Of a stretch of DNA of 64,000 nt, positions 1 through 12,427 are shown one piece after another. The first letter of the stretch is position 1, and each line of letters begins with the position of its first letter. The translations under genes and the position numbers were made by a program. The notes under the pieces were generated by a model. That model did not search any database, was not told where the DNA came from, and was given only the letters and a program-made list of their open reading frames with translations. This DNA is from Eledone cirrhosa (Eukaryota), in NCBI GenBank assembly GCA_964016885.1, contig OZ024741.1, positions 50,530,001 to 50,594,000 of the forward strand, read 5' to 3'.

Positions 1-429
1 AACACATTCATTCAGAGACACAGAACACAGTAATATACACAGACACACACAAATCATAGCAACATACTCATACCAAGACACATCCAGGCAATGCTCACAC
101 ACCCAGTCATGTCTTACTCATGTTTTTGGTTGTACGTCGATTCTGAAGATACTACAGCTGGCTCAGGTGTGTCGTAGCAAGTTATAGTCAAGTCTGTTGA
201 CGTAGTAGTAGTAATATCAGTAGTAGTAGTAGTAGTTGTATGAATAGTTACAGTAGTAGTAATAGTAGTTGTTGTTGTTGTGGTTGTCATGTTGGTATGA
301 TAAAGTGGGAGAAGTGAGTCAGTAGGAAGGCTGTCATCGTAACAAGTGATCACCTGCAAATATGTCTGGAAATAGAAGCAAGGTAACAAATCAGGATTTA
401 AAAGAAAAAAAAAATATTTATATAAATAA

Positions 430-620
430 TAATTGTTTCTACCTTTTGGCACAAGGCCAGCATTTACCCCAGTGCATTACTGGTACTTTATTTTATTGAC
501 CCCGTAAGGATGAAAGGCAAAGGTAACCTCGGCAGGAATTGAACTCAGAATGTAAAGGGCCATAACTCTATACCGCAAAGCATAGTGTCTGATGCTCTAC
601 CAATACTGCCAATCCATTGC
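430..620 (-). mobile_element. Second tRNA-derived SINE family with a Meta-domain-like core
   Basis: Core cctttcatccttacggggtcaataaaataaagtaccagt resembles the Sauria/MetaSINE domain; other copies at 31267-31455 (+), 49935-50115 (-), degraded at 28475-28612 and 43170-43270. Confidence 0.7.
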
Positions 621-1059
621 CCTTATATAATTAATAATAATAATAAAAATTTTTCCTTTTAGTATTTGTTCCCTTAAAAAATTTTCTTTTCTTTTTGGAA
701 AAAATAAATTAAATTAAATTAAAGATAAAAAAAGAAAGCAACAAAAATAGGATGTAAAGATAAGGAGATAAGGGGAAGAGATGAAAGTGTCAAGGAAGAA
801 AGATGTCATTTTGTTGATGTCTGCGGTGGAAGGCCAGAAGAACAACTAACCATTGACAGAGGATCTCTTGCTCAATGCACATTGCAACATACTATTAAAA
901 CCTTACAAGGAATTAGCTGGCTGCAAAACAAAAAAAATCTTCACATGCAAACATATACATACTAGTGTACCACATGACCTAGTGGTTAGGGTGTTGGACT
1001 CACAACCACTGCTACTGCTGGCTGAGAGAGACAGAGAGATGGGAGGAGGAGAGGAAGGA

Positions 1060-1265
1060 GCATGAATGTCCTTGGGGAGCTAAACCCTTTTTCTGCAAGT
1101 AGTTGATAGCACCACGATGCCAAATTTTGTCCATTTTCAAGAGAAGTCGTTACTAGTTACATTTGAAGTCCTCTTTGAACAGTTAGATGTCAGTTTACCT
1201 AGAAAAAAACAATGCAGTTATTAATAAGATGAGTTGAAATTAATGCATACAAGATTTCACAGCTC
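1060..1265 (-). mobile_element. Mariner transposon 5' remnant
   Basis: The minus strand from 1134 reads MDKIWHRGAINYLQKKGLAP, a mariner transposase N-terminus pattern. Confidence 0.6.
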
Positions 1266-1371
1266 TAGCATCACACCTTCATAGTCAGCCTATGAACTTT
1301 TCAGCCCACTCTCATATGATCAAAGATGTTCCAACCATGACTATCCCACCATTTATTCAGACAGTATCATT

Positions 1372-1712
1372 TCATCATCATCATTTCATTTTACGTCTGC
1401 TTTTTCCCTGCTTGCAAGGGTGGGACGGGAACTGATTCTGGCTTGATTTCTACAGATGGATGCTCTTCCTAACACCAACCTCATTTACAGTGAGTGCTGG
1501 GTGCTTTTTTGCCGTGGCACCTCCACGGCCACTTTGTAGTGGAATGATATGGACCCCAGTCCCTATCATCTCATTTCTACAGCTGAGTAAACTGGAGCAA
1601 TGTGAAATAAAGTGTCTTGCTCAAGGAAACAACACATCACCCGGTCTGAGAATTGAACTCACAACCTTTCGATTGCAAGCCCAATGCTCTAACCATTAAG
1701 CCATGTGCCTCC
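1372..1712 (-). mobile_element. tRNA-derived CORE-SINE with RTE-derived tail
   Basis: A/B boxes (tggcttaatgg, gagttcaattct), MIR-CORE-like ccttgagcaagacacttt...ctcagctgtagaaatgag, RTE tail and (ATG)n. Confidence 0.85.
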
Positions 1713-2075
1713 ATCTCTCAAACATTATCCAATGTGTCCTTTTTTGGTTTTTAAACCCAAGTCAACCTAAATTAGGCAGACCTATAAATCAAAGCTGTTC
1801 CAAACATGACCATCCCATAATTTATTCAGACATAGTGTATCTAGGATTAAATTATCCAATGTGTTTTTAAGACTGTAAAGAATGAATTGAAGTAGATTTG
1901 GCCTGGTGGGGTAGGGGAAGTCATAGCAAACCAAGTTGGCCAATCAAAAATAGCAACAAAGACCTCTACCAAGAGAAGCATTTTTTAAAAAACAGCTTTG
2001 GAGGAAAAGAGCCTCAGAAATTGATGAGATAAAGATAGGACATTCTTAGACCGGAGACATGACCAAATATCTACA

Positions 2076-3797
2076 ACAGAGTGGACTACACTAAAAATAG
2101 AGTAAACTCTACTAAAGACAGAGTGGACCCCACTAAAGATAGAGTGGACTCCACTAAAGACAGAGTGGACCCCACTAAAGACAGAGTGGACTACACTAAA
2201 AATAGAGTGAACTCTACTAAAGACAGAGTGGACCCCACTAAAGATAGAGTGAACTCCACTAAAGACAGAGTGAACTCTACTAAAGACAGAGTGGACTCTA
2301 CTAAAGACAGAGTGGACTCTACTAAAGACAGAGTGGACTCTACTAAAGACAGAGTGGACTCTACTAAAGACAGAGTGGACTCCACTAAAGACAGAGTGGA
2401 CCCCACTAAAGACAGAGTGAACTACACTAAAGACAGAGTGAACTACACTAAAAATAGAGTGAACTCCACTAAAGACAGAGTGGACTCTACTAAAGACAGA
2501 GTGGACTCTACTAAAGACAGAGTGGACTCCACTAAAGACAGAGTGGACTCCACTAAAGACAGAGTGGACTACACTAAAAATAGAGTGAACTCTACTAAAG
2601 ACAGAGTGGACTCTACTAAAGACAGAGTGGACTACACTAAAGACAGAGTGGACTCTACTAAAGACAGAGTGGACTCCACTAAAGACAGAGTGGACTCCAC
2701 TAAAAATAGAGTGAACTCTACTAAAGACAGAGTGGACTCTACTAAAGACAGAGTGGACTACACTAAAGACAGAGTGGACTACACTAAAGACAGAGTGGAC
2801 TCTACTAAAGACAGAGTGGACTCCACTAAAGACAGAGTGGACTCCACTAAAGACAGAGTGGACTACACTAAAAATAGAGTGAACTCTACTAAAGACAGAG
2901 TGGACTCTACTAAAGACAGAGTGGACTACACTAAAGACAGAGTGGACTACACTAAAGACAGAGTGGACTCTACTAAAGACAGAGTGGACTACACTAAAGA
3001 CAGAGTGGACTCTACTAAAGACAGAGTGGACTCCACTAAAGACAGAGTGGACTCCACTAAAGACAGAGTGGACTACACTAAAAATAGAGTGAACTCTACT
3101 AAAGACAGAGTGGACTCTACTAAAGACAGAGTGGACTCTACTAAAGACAGAGTGGACTCCACTAAAGACAGAGTGGACTCCACTAAAGACAGAGTGGACC
3201 CCACTAAAGACAGAGTGGACTACACTAAAAATAGAGTGAACTCTACTAAAGACAGAGTGGACCCCACTAAAGACAGAGTGGACTACACTAAAAATAGAGT
3301 GAACTCTACTAAAGACAGAGTGGACTACACTAAAGACAGAGTGGACTCCACTAAAGACAGAGTGGACTCCACTAAAGACAGAGTGGACTCTACTAAAGAC
3401 AGAGTGGACTACACTAAAGACAGAGTGGACTACACTAAAGACAGAGTGGACTACACTAAAGACAGAGTGGACTACACTAAAGACAGAGTGGACCCCACTA
3501 AAGACAGAGTGGACTCCACTAAAGACAGAGTGGACTCTACTAAAGACAGAGTGGACTACACTAAAGACAGAGTGGACTCTACTAAAGACAGAGTGGACTA
3601 CACTAAAAATAGAGTGAACTCTACTAAAGACAGAGTGGACCCCACTAAAGACAGAGTGGACTCCACTAAAGACAGAGTGGACTCCACTAAAGAAACAGTG
3701 GACTACACTAACAGTAGAGTGGACTCCACTAAAGACAGAGTGAATCCCACTAAAGACAGAGTGGACTACACTAAAAATAGAGTGGACTACACTAAAT
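2076..3797. repeat. 21-bp minisatellite, about 82 units
   Basis: Unit ACTAAAGACAGAGTGGACTCT with interspersed variants; produces the 572-codon repetitive ORF. Confidence 0.97.
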
Positions 3798-4019
3798 GAT
3801 TAAGGAGACAGTATTTATGTCTGCTAATATATGGACCAGTCTATTTTACTACAATAGGTACTAAGGAAACAATATCTACCTCCTCCAATTATATGGATCT
3901 ATCTCTAGATTTTACTACATTAGCAATATAGAACTTAGTCTATATAAATTGGAAGAACTTGAGATTATATAAACTAATATAAAAATTTATATTCAGGCAT
4001 TACTAGAATGATACTAATA

Positions 4020-5440
4020 AGAGTAGGAGTCCATCATGGCTCCATTCTTAGCTCTCTCCTGTTTATTATCATCCTGCAGGCTATAACAGAAGAGTTTAAG
4101 ACTGGCTGCCCATAGGAACTTCTGTATGCAGGTGATCTAACTCTTATAGCTGAATCTATGGCAGAACTAGAGAAGAAAGTTTAAATTTGGAAGCAAGGGC
4201 TAGAAACAAAATGTCTTAAAGTCCACTTGGCAAAGACCAAAATCCTAGTGGCCCAGATTCCCTCAAGGAAATGGCGTAGCTCAGTGTGCAGGAAAGGAGT
4301 AGGTAGAAATTCCATCCTATGCCTCAAATGCAAACTATGGGTACACCAGAGATGCAGTGGGATTTCAGACAGACTAGCAAAGAATGCAGGTTTTATATGT
4401 GGTCATTGCACAGGTGCAGTAATTAGCAAGAGCCCACAGGGTACTAGCTCCTTTAAATGACCAGAGGATTCTGTAGAAGTAGTTGATAATTTCTGTTGTC
4501 TGCGTGACCAAATTAGCAGTGGAGGTGGGTGTGCCGAAAGTAGTGTAGCCAAACTGAGAAAAGGATGGAGGAAGTTCAGGGAGCTACTACTGCTGATAAC
4601 TACTATTTTCCCTCAAAATGAAGGGCAGCTTGTATGGTGTGTGTATACGAACAGCAATGTTGTATAGTAGTGAAACATGGGCATTGTAAGCTGAGGACCT
4701 GCGAAGATTGGAAAGAAATGAAGCTGGCATGCTTTGATGGATCCGTATTAGTAACATACCTGAACAGCAAAGCATAAATGAACTGAGAGATAAACTGGTC
4801 ATAAGAGGGATGAGATGCAGTGTTGCAGGGGAGGACATGTATGGTATGGACATGTGATGCATATGAAGGATGACAGCTGCATAAAAAGGTGCAGGGCACT
4901 CAAAGATGATGGAAGCTATGACCTAGGATGAGGTGATAAAAGCTGACCTTTCACAATTGTACCTCATGAAGACGATGACATAGGATCGAGATGTTTGGTG
5001 TTTTGCAGTAATACAGAAGACCCACCTTCCCATGTGCACGAGTTGAAGCCTACATCTAGTACACCCCACCCACCACCCCACCCATACACCACTCTCCCCA
5101 CCCTTCCTCCATGTCCTACATCCCAATCCTTCACCAGATAAGTGCCCCACCCAAGATCTACCTTTCACCCCCCTCCTCTATAAAGTGGTTGAGTAGGTGT
5201 CACGAGAAAAAGCACCCAGTCCACACTAAGGTGGTCATGTAGGAGTCACAACAAAAACCACCCAGTATACACTGTAAATGAGGTTGGTGTTAGGAAGGGT
5301 ATCCAGCCATAGAAACCAAGCCAAAATCAGTTCTGTATGAGCAAGGCATGGTCATCTGATCTGGCTTATCTCATAACAGACAACTTGTCTAACCCATGCT
5401 AGCATGGAAAAATAGTCGTTAAACGGTGATGATGATGATG
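4020..5440 (+). mobile_element. Degenerate 5'-truncated RTE LINE
   Basis: GVHHGSILS and PxELLY RT remnants, Cys-rich finger, 3' UTR module and (GAT)n tail; many stops. Confidence 0.85.
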
Positions 5441-5752
5441 AAGTTAGCCTATATACCACAACAACCTTTCAAGAAACTGATAGCAACGAGAAGATTTGTC
5501 CTATGTGATAATAGCCCAGTTAGTATAACTATTGGTTTAGTATTAAATATATTAGTCTACTTGCTAGCTGTGACTTCCTGGGTTAGTAAAACCATCGGTT
5601 TAACTTATGTTGAAGAATACATTGTGATGGAGCCACATTCAGAGAAACTAAAATCACTGCCCCCACCCCAATACACACACCTTCGAGAAAGAGAAAAGGT
5701 GAAAAAAGATTAAAAGAAATCTTAAATACTTGCATACATTTGCTGATAATCT

Positions 5753-5928
5753 TCAACGTCTATGTCTTTTAGAAGGCCAATCGTCCTCTCTGGTTGATGG
5801 AGCTCTTATAGGTGGTTCAGCTTCTAGAACTTTCAGGCGTTGCCCTGCAATGCTCTGTCTATGGAGAGTGTGCATGGCCCTGGCAGCAGCTTCTTTGCAG
5901 GCAAAATTTGCATAACCGTAATTACGCC
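5753..5928 (-). CDS. RBM45: RBM45 coding exon 11 (last RRM, C-terminal NLS-like motif, stop)
   Basis: (G)RNYGYANFACKEAAARAMHTLHRQSIAGQRLKVLEAEPP...WPSKRHRR*, cf. human KNVGYAKY...LKVMLADSP...NKRQRTY. All 11 exons sum to 1578 nt (525 aa + stop). Confidence 0.92.
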
Positions 5929-6854
5929 CTGGTGAAAAAGAAAACACAACAGTCAGGTCACATACAAGTGCTACAGGTAACATGTAACCCAGTACAACCT
6001 GTCACATAGTTGGTTTGTTGGCAACTAAATCGTCAACAATGGTTTCACGAATGCCTCTCATCACAAACAAACTGGTTCACGAACAATTTTTCCACACATG
6101 AAACGCCTTGGGTGATGAACAGCATCTCAAGTACCAAACATGCAAGCCAGCATCAACAGTTGGCGACAATCTGGGAGTATTGGCAGGAAAGCATCATTTA
6201 CTGTGTAGTTAATTACTATAGTGATATCTGTCTTACAGAATCTCTCTCGCTGTATTTCTCTCTCAACATTTTGTATGGGAAAAATAGTTTTGGCTTACGA
6301 ACATTTCAAGTGATGAACGGCCTTCAGGAACGAATGTAATAGTATTATGAGACACAGATTAAGAGAAGACTCTTTAGTCTGGCTGAGGATGTAATGATCT
6401 CTCTAGAACTGGTGTGATGATAAAATGTACTTAGTACACTCTGTAAAGTGGTTCAGGTTAGGAAGGACATCCAGCTATCAAAATAGAACATACTAACAAA
6501 ATATGGTCCCTGAACCTATCTTGGAGGGTAGTAACTTCAAATAAGAACAGACTTGAACAATAACAACCCATCCAGCTCATACAAGAATGGAAAACTAATG
6601 TAAATTAACCAGGAGGATATTCTCATGAAGATCATCAGTGATCGAGACATTTAGTATTTATTGTGACTTTGATTGTTTTACCTGATGACTAGAGACTGTG
6701 TCAGATAAAAGATTACCATTAGAATAGAAGTTGGATCAGCTCTCAAGTTACTACAGGGTCACATATATGAAATGATGTGGGATCACTGAAGACTGAAAAC
6801 CTTCATAAATATTTTAAAAAAAGGAATGCAAATAAGTGTTTAGTGGAGAATCAT

Positions 6855-7064
6855 TAACCCTTTACCATTTACATTACTCAACTATATTATCATGGTAAAA
6901 ACTTTACCATACATAATCATCTCACATAATATGGAAGCTATGGATATTATTTATTTTGAGAACAATACCTTAACATCAGTATGAGCAGCCAGTTACAGCT
7001 GGTTTGAACAGAAAGAGGTGAGAGAATTCTGGTCAGATATGGCTGGGTTAAATGCTAAAGGTTA
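6855..7064 (+). mobile_element. piggyBac-type MITE
   Basis: TTAA|CCCTTTA(G/C)CATTTA ... TAAATGCTAAAGG(G)|TTAA ends; other copies at 31183-31590, 44281-44680 (two inverted), 46838-47103 and 61921-62148. Confidence 0.7.
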
Positions 7065-7288
7065 AGCATTGTTGCAAAAAAAATTTTTCTGTTGGGGACA
7101 ACAAGTAATTATTTCATCAACCATCAAATGATAAAAAACAAAATCTATCGTAGAGGAATATAAACTTAAAATACAAAGTCTCATAACTGCACAGTATTTT
7201 GTCCAACACTAACAATTCTGCCAATTCACTGTTCTATATCTCAGATTTTAAATAACTAAGAAAAATAAAAAAAGAAATTTTCATTTAC

Positions 7289-7529
7289 CTGATAGTAAAT
7301 AGACATCAATGAGGTCTCCAAATCGACAGAAGCAGTCCCGCAGGATTAGTTCAGGGACAGCGGTAGGTTGACAGACTATAATAAGACGTTGACGAACAAC
7401 TGTGTCTTCAGACCGCAATGGTTGTGTACGAGGCAGACTGATGTTTGAGTAACGGACACGCTCTAAAACGTGTTCGTTTGCCAAAATACGCTCAGGATTG
7501 ATGCCAGCTTTCTCCAAAACCATTGCTGC
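7289..7529 (-). CDS. RBM45: RBM45 coding exon 10 (start of last RRM)
   Basis: AAMVLEKAG...VVRQRLIIVCQPTAVPELILRDCFCRFGDLIDVYLLS(G), cf. human [38 protein letters not shown]; tttcag and gtaaat boundaries. Confidence 0.92.
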
Positions 7530-7651
7530 CTGAAAGAGAGAATAACCCATCAATGTGTGTCATCAAATAAACATGGACAGGATAATTACCTTAAAGACAT
7601 CTACCGACATTCTACACTAAAGACAGTGTAACCATTGTTTACAAAATACAA

Positions 7652-10071
7652 AAACAAGGGAGTTCCTAAAAAATAATTTACTAGAGGCGACGGATGAGGT
7701 CTGTGGCTGGAGTAAGACCTCAAGCAGGAGGAGAGTGACTTGGTGGTAGAACAATAAGGTAGATGAAGCAGTTAAGGCCAAGAGACGGGCATGGAAAGAA
7801 TGGAAGAACAGGGGAGCAGGGTACATTACATAGAGACCAAGAGCGAAGCTAGGCGACAAGTATACTTAGCTAGGAGGGAAGCAGAGGATAGAAAATTCAA
7901 GCATGTTTTGCAACGTGAGGACCAGAAACAGGAGGTGTTCAAGATTGCGAGGCAGTGTGTCAGAGATAGTTGTGATGTCATTGGAGAGAAGTGTATCCGG
8001 AATGATAAAGGTGAGCTTTCCCTCACAAGTGCTGAGAAGAAAGATGCATGGAAGAGTCATTATGATAGATTACTAAATGAGGAGAATGCATGGGAAGAAG
8101 AGACCCTACCCCAAGTAGACCCTATAGAGGGGCCAGCAGTACAAGTCAGCAGCAATGTAATAAGTAAGGCAATCAAAGATACGAAGATGGGGAAGGCAAC
8201 CAGTCCATCGGGTATAGCTGCCGAGATGCTGAAGGCATCTGGGTCTGTAGGTCACACTATAACCACACGTATTGTTAACCAGGTAATACTAGAAGGTGTC
8301 ATACCAAAAGATTGGTGCAGTAGCATCATTGTCAACTGCTACAAAGGTAAAGGTGATGCACTAGATAGAGGAAACTATAGAGGTATAAAGTTGATGGGCC
8401 AGGTCATGAAAGTAACAGAAAGAGTTACAGCACAGTTGATTAGGGACCGGGTGAAAATAGACGAGATGCAATTTGGTTTGTACCAGGAAGAGGCACCACT
8501 GATGCCCTCTTCCTTGTGAGGCAGTTACAGGAAAAGTACCTAGCTAAAAGTAAGCCACTCTACTTGGCATTTGTCGACCTTGAGAAAGCCTTTGACAGAG
8601 TTCCACGTGCTGTAATCTGGTGGGCTCTTAGAAAACTAGGAGTAGATGAATGGCTTGTGAAAGCGGTACAAGCCATGTATAGGGGAGCAGTCAGCAAAGT
8701 TAGGATTAGCAATGAGTATAGCGAGGAATTTAGCGTACAGGTTGGGGTCCACCAGGGCTCTGTTCTTAGCCCCCTCCTGTTCATCATAGTCCTGCAGGCA
8801 ATAACGATGGCAATAGACTGGATGCCCATGGGAACTCCTGTATGCTGATGACCTCGCACTCATAGCTGAATCTATGGTAGAACTAGAGAATAAATTCCAA
8901 ACTTGGAAGCAGGGACTAGAAAGAAAGGGTCTCAAAGTCAACATGACAAAGACTAAGGTCCTTGTAAGTAGACGAGAACACAGAACCCAGATCCCCTCAG
9001 GGAAATGGCCTTGCTCAGTATGTAGGAAAGGTGTAGGTAGGAACTCCATTCTTTCCCCCAAATGCAAACAATGGGTACACAAGAGATGTAGCGGGATCTC
9101 AGGAAGCTTAATTAAGAATGTAGGCTTCACATGCACCAGCTGTGCTGGGACAGCAAGCAGCAAACAGCCACAGGAAACAAGTACCACCAATCTCTGGGAG
9201 GGCTCTGTAGAAACAGTAGACAGCTTCTGCTACCTAGGTGACCGAATTAGCAGCGGAGGTGGGTGTTCAGAAAGTACAATAACTAGGGTAAGAACGAGAT
9301 GGAAGAAGTTTAGGGAACTACTACCACTGTTAGCTGCAAAAGGCTTCTCCCTCAGAATGAAAAGCAGACTGTATGATGCGTGTATCCAAACAGCAATGTT
9401 GCATGGTAGTGAGACCTGGGCACTGAAGGTGGAAGACTTACGTAGATTAGAGAGAAACGAAGCCTGCATGCTCCGATGGATGTGTAACAGTAATATACGT
9501 GAACGACAAAGCATAAATGAATTGAGAGAGAGACTGAGCATAAGAGGAATCAAATGCTGTGTGCAGGAGAGGCGGTTGCGTTGGTATGGACATGTGATGC
9601 GTATGAAGGATGACAGCTGCATAAAAAGGTGCAGAGCACTAGAAGACCTGGGATGAGGTGATAAAAGCCGACCTTACCCAATTACACCTCTCAAAGGCAA
9701 TGACACACGACCGTGACCTCTGGCGTCACGCAGTAAAACAGAGTACCCGACCTCCCATGGGTACAAGCTGTAGCATATAGACAATATGCCCCCACACCCC
9801 CCACCGCAAGGTGGTCGTGGAGGTGCCACGGCAAAAAAGCACCCAACCCACACTGTAAAGTGGACGTGTAGGCGCCACGAAAAAGCACCCAGCACTCACT
9901 GTAAATGAGGTTGGTGTTAGGAAGGGCATCCAGCTGTAGAAATCAAGCCAAATCAGTTCCTGTATGAGCAAGGCATGGTCAGCCGACCAGACACTGCCCA
10001 CAACAGGACAACCCATCTAACCCATGCTAGCGTGGAAGAACAGACGTAAAACGGTGATGATGATGATGATG
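7652..10071 (+). mobile_element. RTE LINE family A, 5'-truncated, frameshifted
   Basis: ORFs 7791-8519, 8516-8848 and 8874-9656 give RT (FVDLEKAFDRV, GVHQGSVLSP, YADD) and the C-terminal domain; long 3' UTR ending in (GAT)n. Confidence 0.92.
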
Positions 10072-10419
10072 AATATAAGGGTGTCATTATTAAAAATTCT
10101 GTAAAAAAAATGTCTAAATCTTAATAACGATAGAAAAATGTGTGATCAACCATGCTAGAATTACCCCTCCCTCCCCCAAAATGGACATAGAAATCATCAT
10201 CATCATCACTGTTTTATGTCTTTTTCCACACTGGAATGTGTTGGATGGGTTGTCACAATCTGATATTACACAGTTCAGATGATCACATCTCCCTCATATG
10301 TTTCATTTTGACATGGATTCTACGGCTTGATGCCCTTTCTAATGTCTAACTACTTTACAGATTGTAGTAAATGTATTTTATCATGGAATTGACTATATTT
10401 TTGAGAAAAGACTGGGTGT

Positions 10420-10905
10420 ATTTTATATATATATGCTTTACACATGAGTTTTCCAGCACAGCTTTAGACATGAGTCTTGTCTTGTTAGCAGCACAGCTTT
10501 AGACATGTCTTGTTGACAGCACAGCTTTAGACATGAGTCTTGTCTTGTTGGCAGCACAGCTTTAGACATGAGTCTTGTTGACAGCACAGCTTTAGACATG
10601 AGTCTTGTTGGAAGCACAGCTTTAGACATGTGTATAGTCTTGTTGGCAGTACAAAAATGGTGTATTTTATATATATGCTTTAGACATGAGTCTTGTCTTG
10701 TTGGCAGCACAGCTTTAGACATGAGTCTTGTTGGAAGCACAGCTTTAGACATGTGTATAGTCTTGTTGGCAGTACAAAAATGGTGTATTTTATATATATG
10801 CTTTAGACATGAGTCTTATCTTGTTGGCAGCACAGCTTTAGACATGAGTCTAGTCTTGTTGGCAGCACAGCTTTAGACACGTGTATAGTCTTGTTGGCAG
10901 CACAG
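10420..10905. repeat. Composite 32-37-bp tandem repeat
   Basis: gcacagctttagacatgagtcttgt units; resumes at 16155-16210 on the far side of the Gypsy insertion. Confidence 0.9.
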
Positions 10906-11611
10906 ATTGTTGTGAGTGTATTTTATCATGGAATCAACTATATTTTACAGAGTAGACTGAGTTGTAACGCTCTCTAGACAGGGAAGTAGTTAGAGTTACT
11001 TCTCGTCGAAAGTCTAGAACCCTTTTTTGCAACTTCCGGAAAGAGGTTATAAATAGAGGCAACCAAGCCCGCTCTTCTTCTCTTTGGCACTTTCCTTCGA
11101 ACCTACAACACTGGAGATGAACATGTTAACCACGAGCTTGGACTAAACCTAAATATGCATGAGGATATTTTGTGTACCACGATTCTGACGGAGTTAAAAT
11201 AAAATGAAGACTTGTATTCGATATGGTGTTTTGTAAATATATCTTATCCTTTTCTGTATATAAATTAGTAGTTAGATTCTGGTGATATTTACTCAAGTAA
11301 ATAATCCTGGGTCTGACAGAACACTAAAATGGTGACCCGACGTACAGGAACACCAACTAAGAAAAAAAAATGATAATTCCCGGATACACCTCGTGTTTTC
11401 GTTTTCAACACAGCTTTCGCTTTTGTATCTGCCATTTTGCTTCCTCCGTATTACATCACTTCAGCAATTCATGCTACCACCACGTGCGTATATATATATT
11501 TTTGAAAATACAACTAATTTTCTTTCAAATGTGTTGTCATTGCCTGATTCACGGAAGTTAAACCACATGTGCGGCAGTTAAAAAACATTTCACCCAGCGA
11601 CTACTACATTC

Positions 11612-12376
11612 ATGATGAGTAATTCTTCGCTACCGACGTATTCAGGTGATGCAGAGTTGTGGTTTGCACAACTAGATTTGTATTTTGTTGCACATGGCGT
11701 CCAAATGGTACAACAGAGGTTACACGTGCTCATAAGCGGAATCCCTGCCTCGCTCGCCGTGTCAGTAAAGGATATCACCGATCCCCCACAAGGCGTCACT
11801 TACGAGACCCTTAAGGCAGAAGTGCTCAGACGGAACAGTCGTTCGTCTGAGAGCAAATTTTGTTCCTTGTTGGAGGAGGAAAACCTGGGAGATAGAACCC
11901 CGTCCCAGTTTTTTCGGCGCATCCGAGAACTGAGCGACTCAATGGCAGAGGATAACTCTTTCGTAAAACAATTATTCTTCTCCCGTTTTCCAACAAATGT
12001 GCAGACCATACTGGCAAATATAGTCGACACCAGTTCCTTGGACCAAATTGCAGCCTCAGCGGACCGCATAATGGAATTTTCTCGAGTACCCACTTCGGCA
12101 GATCCACACATTGCTTCTGCTACTTTTAAAGCACAGCCTGTTCCACCTCGTGAGGACTCTATATTGAGAGCCATTGACGTGCTAACTCGTCAAGTGACTA
12201 AACTGTGTCGAGAACGATCACATTCCAGATGGCATCCACGAAGTCGTTCTCCTTCTTTTCATCGTCGTGCCAAAACCCCCACCAACAACTCTTCTATATG
12301 TTGGTATCACGTGCGTTTTCGTGAAAAGGCGAATCATTGCATTCAACCCTGCTCTTTCGGGACTTCGGAAAACTAA
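11612..12376 (+). CDS. gag: Gag of the Gypsy element
   Basis: 254-aa ORF with WFAQ and LGDRTPSQF motifs and a C-terminal CWYH..F...A..C..PC (CHCC) motif typical of CsRn1-type gag. Confidence 0.85.
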   Translation: MMSNSSLPTYSGDAELWFAQLDLYFVAHGVQMVQQRLHVLISGIPASLAVSVKDITDPPQGVTYETLKAEVLRRNSRSSESKFCSLLEEENLGDRTPSQFFRRIRELSDSMAEDNSFVKQLFFSRFPTNVQTILANIVDTSSLDQIAASADRIMEFSRVPTSADPHIASATFKAQPVPPREDSILRAIDVLTRQVTKLCRERSHSRWHPRSRSPSFHRRAKTPTNNSSICWYHVRFREKANHCIQPCSFGTSEN

Positions 12377-12427
12377 ACCTGGAGAATCTGGGCACGGCAG
12401 ATCTCTCCTCCATTAATTCTCCTTATC

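Noticed and set aside
861-892. Small minus-strand exon upstream of the Thr-rich segment
   Set aside because: Splice-like ends exist but the phase gives a stop when joined to the 365 acceptor.
2076-3797. CRISPR-like array
   Set aside because: Contiguous tandem units without unique spacers, no cas genes, eukaryotic context. The same applies to the 28-, 57-, 82- and 89-bp arrays.
6010-6339. 109-aa ORF
   Set aside because: No domain seen; the 3' part (ttcaggaacgaat) looks like a decayed Tigger/pogo-type MITE, too weak to call.
8636-9622. Antisense ORFs over RTE copies (also 22602-23327, 39426-39926, 60362-61123)
   Set aside because: Shadow frames of the LINE coding strand with no recognisable domain.
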